A stretch of 64,000 bases of DNA, taken from positions 310,001-374,000 of the forward strand of contig OZ025709.1 of the NCBI GenBank assembly GCA_964019335.1, read 5' to 3'. The position numbers were made by a program, and so were the translations under genes. The notes beneath the pieces were generated by a model that did no database searches, was not told the origin of the DNA, and worked only from the letters and a program-made list of their open reading frames with translations. Positions 33,711 to 44,200 of the stretch are shown here, one piece after another; the stretch's first letter is position 1; every line of letters starts with the position of its first letter. Source of the stretch: Diplonema japonicum. Its lineage: Eukaryota; Protista; Euglenozoa: Diplonemea.

Positions 33711-36700
33711 TTAGCGCAGCACGGGGGCCGCGGGACCGGCGTCAAGAGAGACCGGAGGAGGGGGCGGCACGTTCGAAGGTGCAGTGACGTCTGTAGACGC
33801 CAGGGATGATGGCGAGGTGAACAGTCCGGAGCGTGACCAGGCGAGCAGGCCAGACTCAACAATGAGGTCGTAGATCTGGGTCACGCGTCTCGACAGGGAG
33901 AACGCTAGGGAGGGAGTACCAGCAGGAGTGTCGATCGCCCCCCTCCCGATCACAGGGCACCCACCGACAACATGCTCCCTGGACATCGGTGCTGCGTGGC
34001 AGGCTGGGCACCGGAGCACACCCTTGTGCTTCCTGTTCGGGCCAGCAGTCTGCAGGAAGCCGAAGAAGAGAGCCGAGTGACCAATCCGCAGCCGCGAGAT
34101 GACCGTTTCAGCTTGTCTGGGGAAGCCAAGGGGGAAGTGCGCAGACCGAAGCTCGGTCGCCACCGCGTGGTTGTGGGCGAGGGATGTTATGAGCTCCGCG
34201 GACCTCCGCACCACCCACCGTCGCACCAGGGCCCTCACTGATCGGTAGTCAAGGGAGGGCCTGTCCTGCTTCCGCTTCGTTCCCTCCCCGGCCAGAGCGT
34301 CAGCCTTCTCGTTCCCGTCCACCCCACAGTGGGAGGGCACAAACTGGAGGACCACCGGTGTCCCCTGCGTGCGCGCCGCGGACACCAGCCGGCTCCACGT
34401 CTGGTGGTCGAGCTTCTCCCTCTGTCGCGTTGGGCCAGCTCGCAGCTGCTCGACGAGGGAGAGGGAGTCGGTGCAGATCGACAGCGGGGACTTCGCCAGC
34501 GAAGGGTGTGTTTTTCGGAGGGTGGCCACCATATCCAGTGCCGTTTTCACAGCCATGCCCTCTGCCCGAAAGGATGAACAGAAGTCGTTGACGCCATGGC
34601 ACACAGACACAGGGGTCAGGGGGGGAGGCAGCTGCAGATAAACCCCAGAGCCACCTTTCGCCTTCTGTCCGACCTGTACAACCGAGCCATCCGTGTAGGC
34701 ATGGATGCCCGGGGGGAGAGCCGCAAGAGCAGCCTCGGCCGCCTTCCGCCTGTCCGCGTCTGGCGACGATCGCGTGACCCCGCCGGGGAGGTCAGTCCTG
34801 AAGTCGACCATGCCTGTCTGCCACGGGGCCGCCAGGGGCGTAGCCGACAGGTACTCGAAGTGCACCTTTGGTTCCAACCCGCATCGACGCAGTGCTTGGT
34901 AGCCAGAGCGCAGCCACCCACACCCCAGCCTGTTCGCCTGCTTCAGCTTGACCGTCTCCCTGTGAACCGGGGAAGACTGCCAGCAGAAGGCCTTCGCCGT
35001 CATCGTCGCCGCAGCACCCTCCGCCATTCTTTCGAGGGGAAGCAGTCCTGCCTCAGCTAGGAGCTTGTACCCTCCGGAGCCACTCCAGCAGCCCGTGATC
35101 AGCACCGCCGCCTCCTGGTGAAGCCCAGCCAGGTCCTTCCTCCCGACATCATCGAGCCTGCTGTAGTAGACCCCCATGCAGTAGCGCAGCAGCGGGAGGA
35201 TGTACGTAACGTAGAGAGACCGCAGAGTGTCCCTCTTGCTGCCCCAGGACGTGCCGGACAAGAGCTTCAGCACCCTCAGCCTTTTGCTGGCCCGCCGTAG
35301 GATGTCCTGTGCGTGTTCACCGAACGTGAGCCCAGAGTCCACCGTAACCCCAAGGTACCTCGCGTGTTCAGATAGAGGCAGGGGACGGGCCGCAACGTAA
35401 TCCACGTCGGGCCGTCGCACGGCTGCATGCATGTCCCGCACGCAGCGGATCCGCACACCACCCGCCTCCACAACCTGAAGGCCCGCCAGCTCCTGGTCCC
35501 CGGAGATCGTGCCATCGGCGTTCACCCCCAGGCCGAAGAGTGGGTTCTGGAAGGCACCTGGCTGAAGGGGGACTCGTGACGAAGTGAAGTAGACCCCGAG
35601 ACGTTTCTGGGGGGGGACGCAGACTGCCTGCGTCTTGGACGTGCTCAGCAGCATGTCACGCTCCCTGCACCAGTCCTCAACCGCATCCACCACTGCCTGC
35701 GCCTTCCGCTCCAGCCCAGCCACGTCCCCTTGTCCAGAGGAGATCACAACCGCCACGTCGTCGGCGTAGAGCACCGAGACATCCGCCAGTCCCTCCAGTC
35801 TCCTGGCGAGTTCGTCGACGTAGATGGTGTACAGGATGGGACCCAAGACAGAGCCCTGGGGGACACCCCGTCGCACCTTCGTCGTCGACCCCCTCGACCG
35901 TCCAATCGTGACCGCAGCAGTACGGCCGCATAGAAAGGACCGCGTCCACTCCACGAAGGGTTCGGGGAGACCCTTCCCTCGCATCTTGTCCAGCAGGGCA
36001 CCATGGGGCACCAGGTCGAAGGCAGAAGAGAAGTCGAACAGCAGAGCGGCCGAGAGACGTCGATCGTCTTTGTTCCTCGACATGCACTCAGTGAGGGTTG
36101 CCACCTGCTCCTCCGTGGAGCGGCCGCGTCTGAAACCAGCCTGGCTGTCGTGGAGTCCCTCGACTCCCGTCCCGTCCGCGTCAAGAAGAAACGTGAGCCT
36201 CTCCTCGATCATCCTCTCCAGCAGCTTGCAGAGGCAGCTGGTCAGGCAGATCGGCCGGTAGGAAGCCAAGAGAGTCGCATCTTTTCCAGGTTTCGGTACC
36301 GGGACGATCACTCCCTTCTTCCAGGCACCGGGGACGACACCCATCAGCCAGGAGCGATTGAGGAGTAGAAGGAGGACACCGAGGGAGTCCGAGTTCAGGT
36401 GTAGGAGCATCTCCGAGAAGATTCCGTCTTCCCCGGCCGCGCTGCGCGTCTTCATCCTTCTCAGGCCGCGGGTGAGGTCGTCCACGGTGAACGCTTGACA
36501 CCCGAGTCTGCTTGCAGAAGGAGCGGCGTCCTTCGAGTTCCCGTCACCACGCCTGCCGTAGAGCTTAGCGAAGTGCGCCCCCAGCCGGTCGGCCTTCGCC
36601 TTGTCCGACACAAATCTTCCCTCGAGTACAGGAAGGTGTGTCTTTCGGTGCCTGCCGTCCAGCTTCTTCACCGCTCTGAACGCAGCCCCGAGGTCCTTGC

Positions 36701-37862
36701 TCCGGCTGAGGTCGGCCGCCATCCTTCCCCATGCCTCACGCTTCGTCTCGTCAAGGAGTCGGTTGACTTCCTTCACCTTCGCCCTGTACTCCTCCACCAC
36801 CACGTCCGCCTCTTGAAGCAGGAGTTCGCGCAGGGTGTTCCGCTCTTCGAAGGCGTCCTCGAGCTCAGCAGTCCACCAGGGGGTCGGGCCACGTCGCATC
36901 CCACAGAGGGGAATGTGGTCGTTCGCCGCAGTCAAAAGGGCTTGTGTAAACCCCTTCGTGACAGAGTCAATCGGAGCCGCCGTGTCAACACCAGCAAGCA
37001 GGCGGGCAACAGCAGCAGTGTAGTCATCCCATCTGGCTTTTTTGAAATTCCAGGTGGGGAAGGGGCGCTCCGAACGGTAGACGTCCTCAAGAGGCAGGTG
37101 AAAGGATACGGGACTATGATCGGAGCCCCACGTGCCCAGCGTCTTCGGCTCAAGCTTCGCGCAGCGCCCCACAACCAGGTCCAGAACGTGTCGTGACGAG
37201 TCCCTCGTCGGTTCGTTGCGGTCGTTGTAGACGGTGTACCCGTGGGTGTCCAGCCAGTCCCTGACCACGTTCCCCCTCTCGTTCGGCGTCGTCACCGTGG
37301 CGTCCCAGGAGCTGTGGTGAGCATTGAAGTCACCCGCTATGACTGTGTTCTTCCCCATGGGAAGGCTGCCAGGCCGCAGGTACTCAGGGTCCCTCGTGCC
37401 TCTGCTCGCGCTTACCGGTGTAAGGTAAACGTTGGAGAGAGTGATCGGCTCACGCTTCTCGCAGGAGATCCTCACATCCAGTCTCTCAGTGACACAGTCC
37501 CCAGCCGGGAGTACGTGCGGAACCTCCTCCGAGGCAAGATCGTCGCGGACATACGTGACAATACCACCACCCCTCGTCGCAGTGCCGTCAGTCACCGGTG
37601 TCAACCGATCCCTCCTGTATGACCTGTACCCAGGCAGGTGTGGCGTGTCGTGCCCTTCCCTCAGGTGCGTCTCCTGTATCATGATGATGTCCAGCGACAA
37701 GAAGTCAGCATGGCGAGATACGACGGTCCATTTTGCAACGAGGCCGTTGCAGTTCCACGAGACAACCTTGAGACCCTTAGGCGACGGGGGCGGCAGCTTC
37801 TTGGGTGGGCCAGGGTTTGTTTCGACCAGCCCAAGCAGCCCCAACAGGTCCCTGACGGACAT
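33711..37862 (-). CDS. Family A ORF2: 2A-like peptide, AP endonuclease, reverse transcriptase, RNase H, CCHC finger
   Basis: SWNCNG/IQET/GDFNAHH/GSDH (APE); YRPICL, DFSSAFD, GVPQGSVLGP, YADD, YLGV (RT); YTDGS, AEG, TDS, FVPSHCGVDGNEKAD (RNase H); CPAC-x8-H-x4-C. Confidence 0.95.
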   Translation of the reverse strand: MSVRDLLGLLGLVETNPGPPKKLPPPSPKGLKVVSWNCNGLVAKWTVVSRHADFLSLDIIMIQETHLREGHDTPHLPGYRSYRRDRLTPVTDGTATRGGGIVTYVRDDLASEEVPHVLPAGDCVTERLDVRISCEKREPITLSNVYLTPVSASRGTRDPEYLRPGSLPMGKNTVIAGDFNAHHSSWDATVTTPNERGNVVRDWLDTHGYTVYNDRNEPTRDSSRHVLDLVVGRCAKLEPKTLGTWGSDHSPVSFHLPLEDVYRSERPFPTWNFKKARWDDYTAAVARLLAGVDTAAPIDSVTKGFTQALLTAANDHIPLCGMRRGPTPWWTAELEDAFEERNTLRELLLQEADVVVEEYRAKVKEVNRLLDETKREAWGRMAADLSRSKDLGAAFRAVKKLDGRHRKTHLPVLEGRFVSDKAKADRLGAHFAKLYGRRGDGNSKDAAPSASRLGCQAFTVDDLTRGLRRMKTRSAAGEDGIFSEMLLHLNSDSLGVLLLLLNRSWLMGVVPGAWKKGVIVPVPKPGKDATLLASYRPICLTSCLCKLLERMIEERLTFLLDADGTGVEGLHDSQAGFRRGRSTEEQVATLTECMSRNKDDRRLSAALLFDFSSAFDLVPHGALLDKMRGKGLPEPFVEWTRSFLCGRTAAVTIGRSRGSTTKVRRGVPQGSVLGPILYTIYVDELARRLEGLADVSVLYADDVAVVISSGQGDVAGLERKAQAVVDAVEDWCRERDMLLSTSKTQAVCVPPQKRLGVYFTSSRVPLQPGAFQNPLFGLGVNADGTISGDQELAGLQVVEAGGVRIRCVRDMHAAVRRPDVDYVAARPLPLSEHARYLGVTVDSGLTFGEHAQDILRRASKRLRVLKLLSGTSWGSKRDTLRSLYVTYILPLLRYCMGVYYSRLDDVGRKDLAGLHQEAAVLITGCWSGSGGYKLLAEAGLLPLERMAEGAAATMTAKAFCWQSSPVHRETVKLKQANRLGCGWLRSGYQALRRCGLEPKVHFEYLSATPLAAPWQTGMVDFRTDLPGGVTRSSPDADRRKAAEAALAALPPGIHAYTDGSVVQVGQKAKGGSGVYLQLPPPLTPVSVCHGVNDFCSSFRAEGMAVKTALDMVATLRKTHPSLAKSPLSICTDSLSLVEQLRAGPTRQREKLDHQTWSRLVSAARTQGTPVVLQFVPSHCGVDGNEKADALAGEGTKRKQDRPSLDYRSVRALVRRWVVRRSAELITSLAHNHAVATELRSAHFPLGFPRQAETVISRLRIGHSALFFGFLQTAGPNRKHKGVLRCPACHAAPMSREHVVGGCPVIGRGAIDTPAGTPSLAFSLSRRVTQIYDLIVESGLLAWSRSGLFTSPSSLASTDVTAPSNVPPPPPVSLDAGPAAPVLR

Positions 37863-38003
37863 CCTCCCGAGTAGGGTGGGGATCAGTGCAGAAAAGTCGG
37901 TGAAGAAACAGAGAGGTAGGAGTCTCCTGGGGAGGATGCGAGGGAGACTAGGAGAGGGAGCATGGTCGTAGATCTGCTGCTCCCCCTGTTCTGCGGGGCC
38001 CCT

Positions 38004-40850
38004 TCAATTGGATGGACCCATGGAGGCAGAGCGCCCCTTGACCCCATTGGTGAAGAGATCTTTGGTCTCCGCGAACGACCTGGCCCGCCCCCTCGTACCC
38101 AGGTTCGTCACCGCAGCCTCAGAGGTCGTAGCGAGAGGAGGAGCCCCCTTCTTCCCCTTCCCCTTCCCTTTCCAGACACTGTCGTGTGTCGTCGTCGCCC
38201 CCGGTGTAGGGTCCCGCGGCACTGCCGTTCCCGTCGTCAGCGTGGCCGCCTGCGGCAGGAGGAGGCGGAGCGTCGTCCGCAGATCGGAGATCATCTCCTG
38301 CTGAGAGTCGATCGTCCTCTGCAGCCCGACGATCGACTCCTTCAGCGTGGCGACGAGCTCAGTGAGAGCGGCGACCTCAGGCGACCCGGAAGGGACTCCC
38401 TCCTTGTTTCCCGCAGACACGTTGCGGGGCGGTGTAGGGGACGTCACAGTGTCGAGCTGGGGGGGAGCCACCGAGCTCGGTATGGACGCCCACGGGCTGG
38501 TGGGAGGAAGCCCAGTTGCTTTCACCGCAGGGCCAGTCTCCGAGGGTGTCGACGCCGATACAGGTGCCGGGTCAGGTACAGGTGTAGTAGGCGCAGGTGC
38601 AGGCACATGAGAAGATGTGGGTGCCGGGGTCGAGGACGTTGCAAGCGCAGGTGCAGATGCAGGTGTCGTCCTGTTGATGAGAGGGGGCGGCTTGACGGTC
38701 GGGTGGTCGTCCGCATCACGGAGGCAGACAAGGCGCCCCCCAAGGAGCCACGTCCTGGACTTCGGGGGCGGGCTGTCGACGACGATGAAGAACACGAGTT
38801 GCCTCGTGCCCTGGAACATCGTCTGCGTGCGTCGCAGGACGGAGGATGGTTTCCAACCGATGTGGTCCATCACTTCGTCGAAGGCCGCCCTGGTGATGGA
38901 CGGCGGGGCTCCGGTGAGCAAAAACTTGCGCTTCGTACGCAGTTTTGCGAGGGTTTCCCGGAGCCGCTGTTCCGTCTCCGGTAGGCACCGCACAGTCCAT
39001 CCCTTACGGTGCGCCACCCCGAGAGACAACCCACCCAGCGTCCCCGCAATCCGATAGGCATCCGCCCTCCCTTCCGCCACGATGGGTACATAAGCGTACC
39101 CCCCGCGTCTCTCCGTCGTCCGCATTAAGCACCCGTCCCCGGACCGGCGCAGGACGGCGTGGACGTGTGCTGCTTGCAGGCGCAGTCCCACCTCGTGGGT
39201 CCAGTGCCTCGCCCGCGGTTCCTCCTCACCGAACTTCCTTGGGCGGAAGACCGCACGATCCTCCACCACCGCGCCCTGAGCCTTGGCGAGCTCCAGGACC
39301 CTGGCCTTCGCCTCCTTCAGGCTGTCTGCACTGACACAGACGTAGACGACCTCCGATCCGCTGTTGAAGGTGGAAGGCGGGGTGTAGGTGGGGGGGTCCA
39401 GCCCGAACGTGGAGACGTGGACCCTCCTGTTCACTGCGCGCGACCCAGAGACCATGACAATCTCGCTGGGGGTGGTGACACCGGGGACCTCTGTCATAAG
39501 GACAAAGGTGATGGATGCCGTAGGTAACGCGGAGCACACGACCCCCATTCCGGAGGGATCGTCGAGCGCAATGACAGCGCGGGATGTTTCCGTCGGGGGG
39601 GACACGTTGGTGTAGATCGGGGCGTCCCATGTGTCTGGCACCAGGTCCCATCGCGGGGTTGTGGAAGGGGCAGGGGCAGGGTCGTCCTCCATCTCCTCAG
39701 GGCCAGAGCTGGTGTCAGAGTCTGAGCTGAGGAGGAGCGTGCCTTGGTCTGTTGACGCGTTGGCGGAAGCGTTCGCGACTGCTTCGTCCTCGACCTTCTG
39801 GGCATCTGCCTTCTTGGCGGCCGCCAACCTCAAAGCTTCCTCCTTTTTGGCAGCGGCTGCGGCGGCTTCCTTTTCGGCGGCGGCGGTGGCTGCGACCTTC
39901 TTCTTCTCCTCGGCGGCGGCGGCTGCGGCTGCGGTCTCCTTCTCGGCGGCGGCGGCTGCAGCTTGCTTCCTGGCGGCGTCGGCTGCGGCCTTCCTCTCGG
40001 CGGCGGCGGCGGCAGCGGCTTTCTTCTCGGCGGCGGCCTTCTCCTCGGCGGCGGCGGCCTTCTCCTCGGCGGCGGCGGCGGCTGCGGCTTTCTTCTTCTC
40101 GGCTGCAGCGGCTGCGGCTGTAGCCTTCTTCTCCTCGGCTGCTTTCATCTCGGCCGCAGCACGCGCAGCCTCCTTCTCCTCTGCCGCAAGTCGTGCAGTA
40201 GACCGCTCGCGCAGAGCCTTCTCCTCAGCCTCGACTGCTCTGCGAGCAGCCTCCACACCAGCCACGCGAGCAGCTTCCGTCTCGGCTGCCATTTTGACAA
40301 CCGCAGCATCAGCCACCTCCTGCGCAGCCTTCATCTTAGCAGCTATTTCTGCAGCTACCACGTCGGCCGACTCGCGTGCAGCTTCCAAATCAGCAGCGAT
40401 TCCCGCGAGTTCGACGTCGGCCGCAGTGCGTGCGGCTTCGAGGGGGTGTGTGGCGTCAGCTATGTGTGCGGCTTCGGCGGCAGCGTCAGCGCGCGCGGCT
40501 CTGGCGGCCTTCCTCCTAGCTTTTTTGCTGGAGGTCGGGGTGGCGACGCTGGCGTCAGGCGAAACCGGCCTTTTGACGGAGCCGGTCGGGGTGGAGGCGA
40601 CAGGTGTCGCTGGGCCGGCTGTAGCGGCGGCGGCGTCGGGCGTGAGGAGGTCAATTACGGTGACCACCCCCGTCATCTTCTCCCGGTGCTCCGGCGTCAG
40701 GAGCTGCCCCAGCTCCCCGGCTGCTCCCGCGCTGCGGAGCATCCTCTCCACCCGCCGCTCCTCCCTGGCCTTGGACTGCGCCAGCTGCGTGCTGGCCCCG
40801 TTCCCTTCCGGCTTTGCCTTCTCCTTGTGCTTGTCTTTCTTCTTGCCCAT
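38004..40850 (-). CDS. Family A ORF1 (Ala/Glu/Lys helical repeat, central conserved domain with RRM-like segment, Pro/Thr linker, C-terminal coiled coil)
   Basis: 948-aa intact ORF upstream of ORF2; central region homologous to ORF 45057-46466. Confidence 0.85.
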   Translation of the reverse strand: MGKKKDKHKEKAKPEGNGASTQLAQSKAREERRVERMLRSAGAAGELGQLLTPEHREKMTGVVTVIDLLTPDAAAATAGPATPVASTPTGSVKRPVSPDASVATPTSSKKARRKAARAARADAAAEAAHIADATHPLEAARTAADVELAGIAADLEAARESADVVAAEIAAKMKAAQEVADAAVVKMAAETEAARVAGVEAARRAVEAEEKALRERSTARLAAEEKEAARAAAEMKAAEEKKATAAAAAAEKKKAAAAAAAEEKAAAAEEKAAAEKKAAAAAAAERKAAADAARKQAAAAAAEKETAAAAAAAEEKKKVAATAAAEKEAAAAAAKKEEALRLAAAKKADAQKVEDEAVANASANASTDQGTLLLSSDSDTSSGPEEMEDDPAPAPSTTPRWDLVPDTWDAPIYTNVSPPTETSRAVIALDDPSGMGVVCSALPTASITFVLMTEVPGVTTPSEIVMVSGSRAVNRRVHVSTFGLDPPTYTPPSTFNSGSEVVYVCVSADSLKEAKARVLELAKAQGAVVEDRAVFRPRKFGEEEPRARHWTHEVGLRLQAAHVHAVLRRSGDGCLMRTTERRGGYAYVPIVAEGRADAYRIAGTLGGLSLGVAHRKGWTVRCLPETEQRLRETLAKLRTKRKFLLTGAPPSITRAAFDEVMDHIGWKPSSVLRRTQTMFQGTRQLVFFIVVDSPPPKSRTWLLGGRLVCLRDADDHPTVKPPPLINRTTPASAPALATSSTPAPTSSHVPAPAPTTPVPDPAPVSASTPSETGPAVKATGLPPTSPWASIPSSVAPPQLDTVTSPTPPRNVSAGNKEGVPSGSPEVAALTELVATLKESIVGLQRTIDSQQEMISDLRTTLRLLLPQAATLTTGTAVPRDPTPGATTTHDSVWKGKGKGKKGAPPLATTSEAAVTNLGTRGRARSFAETKDLFTNGVKGRSASMGPSN

Positions 40851-41196
40851 TTTTCTTTTCTTTTCTTTTCTTTCCTTTCTTTTCTTTCACGTTTCTTTTC
40901 TTTTCTTTCCTTTCTTTTCTTTCACGTTTTTTTTTGCAATAATAACCACTGGGGGGAAACTGGGGGTGGGGGGAGGGGTGGGCCAGTCTTTTGTCTGGAG
41001 TAACCGAGAGGGCCACCACGGGGCTGAACCTTCCCTTCGGTGCTCCGTTCCCCCTTCCTGGGACAGCCGACCTGGCTGATTACATTCGGGGCGGTCCCCT
41101 CGAGGCTGAACGCAGGGGCGTTCTCTTGCTGCGCCCTGCGCCCTCCCGGCCTTCCCTGTGGCTGCCTCCCGGGAGGTTGTTTCTTGGCCCATTTGC

Positions 41197-41247
<51 letters not shown>

Positions 41248-41295
41248 GGGGGGACAAAGGGGTAGGGGGGGGGGGGGTCTATAATGGGCTCACGA

Positions 41296-44200
41296 TCACC
41301 CTTGTGCTGCGTCGGCCGGGGGGAAGATCCCACACTCAGACCATGATAAGAGCCCGGAGGCCTCGATGAAGGCGCAGACCTCGGCGGAGTGCTTGGAAAG
41401 CAGCGCGCGGAGCGGCAGCCCAGTGTCGTAGAAGGACTTAGCTGTGGGAGCCAGAGAATGACAGCCCCTCAGCAGGTGATCAGCGTCGAGCGGTGATTGA
41501 ACGTTGCAGGCGGGGCAGGTGAGGTGATGACTCCCCTCAGCCCTCAGGGGTCCCTTGAGCTGGAGGTACCCCCTCATCAAAGGCGTGTGTCCGGTCCGGA
41601 GCCGAATGATCAGGACCTCATCCCTCCTACTGAGTGGTGGGAGAGAGAGACATTCGCCACCGGTGACGAGGCGGTGGTGGCCGGGGGAGTCGCTGTTATA
41701 TCTCGCACGCGACCTTCCTCTCAGCCACGCTTTTATGGCCGCCTTGCTGGAGCGGTAGCTAACCCCGCAAGGCGACTTCGACAGCCCGTCCCTGGCCGCT
41801 CCGTCGGCGAGCTCGTTCCCCGTCACACCGCAGTGGGAGGGGATGTACCAGAAGTGCACATCACCAGAGCGTTTGGCCCTGAGCCAGGAAGCGGCATCCC
41901 AGATCCGTCTGTCCGTGGACTCCCTCTGCTGTCCGGGGCCTCCAGCGAGCCTCCGCAGCATCGTCTGTGAGTCGGTCAGCAGGTAGAGAGGGCGGCCCCT
42001 CAGGTTCACGACCGTTTTGTACACCTCCGCAGCCTCCTTCAACCCCATCAGGATAGCGGTGCCCTCGGCGCACATGGGTGTGGAGACCATGCCGGCCCCG
42101 TGAGAGGTGGTAAGGGTGAGGTCCATGTCGGGGACTCTGAGGGCAACCCCAGCCCCCCCTCTCCCCCTTATCACCGAGCCGTCCGTGTACACTACCAGAG
42201 CGCCGCTTGGGATCTCGTCCAGCTTTTCCGCAGCCGCTGCCGCCCTCACATCGTCGGGGAGTGTCCTCCTGGTGTCGGTGGCGTAGGGATCGACGTGGAT
42301 GCCTTCCGCCCAGGGGGGGGCTCTCGTATCAGGCCCTAGCGGTAGGGAAGCAACCGCACTCAGCCCAGAACTCCTCGTCGCCTTCAGCGCTCCCAAGGCC
42401 CATCCTGCGGTAGCTGCACCCCTGACCACCCTGTTCACCGGGGTTCCCACCCACCTCAGTGCCCTCTGCAGTAGAATGGCAGAAGCAGGTACAAGGACCT
42501 GAGTGATGCTGCGGAACTGCCCCAGGACGAGCCGGAGAGGAGCCGCAGTATGCGAATTCGTTTGTCGTATCTCTCGATGATGTCGCGGGCATGGGCACCG
42601 AAAGACAAGTCAGCGTCAAGGATGACCCCTAGATACTTGGCCCTATCACGCCTCGCGACGGGGACGGCCGTGGAGAATTCATACACCAGCCCTTTGGAGA
42701 CGAGTGCAGAGACGTCGCGTCGTGTCGTGGCCGTGCGGTTAACGGACAGGAGCCTCCTCCCGATCAGGTGAGTAGGTCCCCCGGCGATGAGTCGGCCCTT
42801 GAGCTCCAGCGGCTGGAATTCGAAGCCCGGATGCGTCGCCCCGGTCGAGGGGAAGTAGACGTGGAAGTCGTACGGTTCGCATTTGGGGGTGGGGACGTAC
42901 AGCGTCTTCTCCCTGCTCAACTGCATCCCCCATCGTGTACACCAGTCTTCGACTGCACCCACTACCGCCGTGGCCCTGGCCTCGAGCTCAGTCCTTGTTG
43001 TGGCAGAGACTACTACCGCGACGTCGTCCGCGTAGATCGTGGAGAGCCCAGCCAGACCCTCAAGTTCCCTCGCTAGGTCGTCCACGAAGATGGTGAACAG
43101 CACTGGACCGAGTACAGAACCTTGAGGCACGCCACTCTTGATTTTGTAAGGGGTCCCCTTGACACCCTCCACGACTACCCTCGCTGTTCTGGACGTTAGG
43201 AAGGAGGAAACCCACCTGGTGTAGGCCGTAGGGAAGCGCTTCTGAGACATCTTCTGAATGAGTGCCTCGTGGTTGACCCTGTCGAACGCCTTTGAGAAGT
43301 CAAAGAGTATGGTGAGGCATGCCTCCTTAACTTCGGCGTTCCTTTTTATCGTCACATGCTGCACGATGGCGGCAACCTGCTCCTCGGTGGACCTCCCTTT
43401 CCTGAAGCCAGCCTGGGCGGGGTGAAGTCCCTCTACCATCGTTGTCGGGGAGTCAAGTAGATACGTCACGCGGGCCTCGACCATCCTTTCCATGAGCTTG
43501 CCGAGGCAGCTCGTCAGGCTGATGGGGCGGTAGGACTCAATCTTCGTGGGGTCTTTGCCCGGCTTCGGGATCGGGACGACTAGTGCCAGTTTCCACGTGT
43601 CCGGAACTTGCCCGCTCGCCCAGGAGAGATTGAACAGCTGTAGAACGATTCTCAGGGATTCCCTACCCAGACGCATCAGCATCACGTTGAAGATTCCATC
43701 GTCGCCTGCAGCACTCTTCGTTCTCGTCCTGAGCAATTGTCTCAGCAGTTCGTCCATCGTGAAGTAGCCCGTTCCGCCCTCGTAGGGTTCCTGCGTCTGT
43801 CCTGTTGTGTCGAGACCAGGGACAGTGTCGTCTCCGCAGATCGTCTCGTAGTAGCGTCCGAGACGATCGGCCCTAGCCTTGTTGCCTGTGAGAAGAGCGT
43901 CGCCGTGTTGAAGGGGGGGGCATCGGTGGCCTCCATGACCTGCCGTCGAGCTCCTTGACTGCCTTGAATGCCGCAGGCAAGTTCTTGGAGGAGCTGAACT
44001 TGGAGCAGAGGCTCCTCCATGACTTCTCTTTGGATGCCTTCACCGTCTCGTTGACTGCATTGTTGAGCCCAGCGAGCCCTGCGTGATCTTCGGATTCCCC
44101 CCTGAGGATGGCGTCTCTGAGGGTGTCCCTTTCTTCAAAGGTCGTGTCCAGTTCGCTGTTCCACCATGGCTTCCTCTCGGTGAAACACCCGTGCCGAGGT

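Larger units (their letters stand above)
33256..40921 (-). mobile_element. Apparently full-length non-LTR retrotransposon, family A (I/Ingi-group-like)
   Basis: T28 tail at 33256-33283, two intact ORFs, ~70-nt purine-rich leader, target motif TCACG repeated at 33251-33255 and 40922-40926. Confidence 0.93.

Noticed and set aside
31376-34875. tRNA + 1.6-kb repeat as a simple tandem duplication or assembly artefact
   Set aside because: Different tRNA flanks, different tail junctions, a perfect 11-bp TSD and scattered SNPs indicate independent insertions.
37962-41079. Long plus-strand ORFs (340, 482, 346 aa) over ORF1
   Set aside because: Antisense shadows of GC-rich, repetitive coding sequence.
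40936-41295. Possible 5'UTR or HDV ribozyme of element A
   Set aside because: It follows B's stop codon, ends in an A-tail and shares a motif with A's 3'UTR, so it is B's 3'UTR; no HDV fold could be identified by eye.
43913-43920. Programmed frameshift in B ORF2
   Set aside because: Lies in a G8 homopolymer of a copy that also has a large deletion; decay or sequencing error is simpler.
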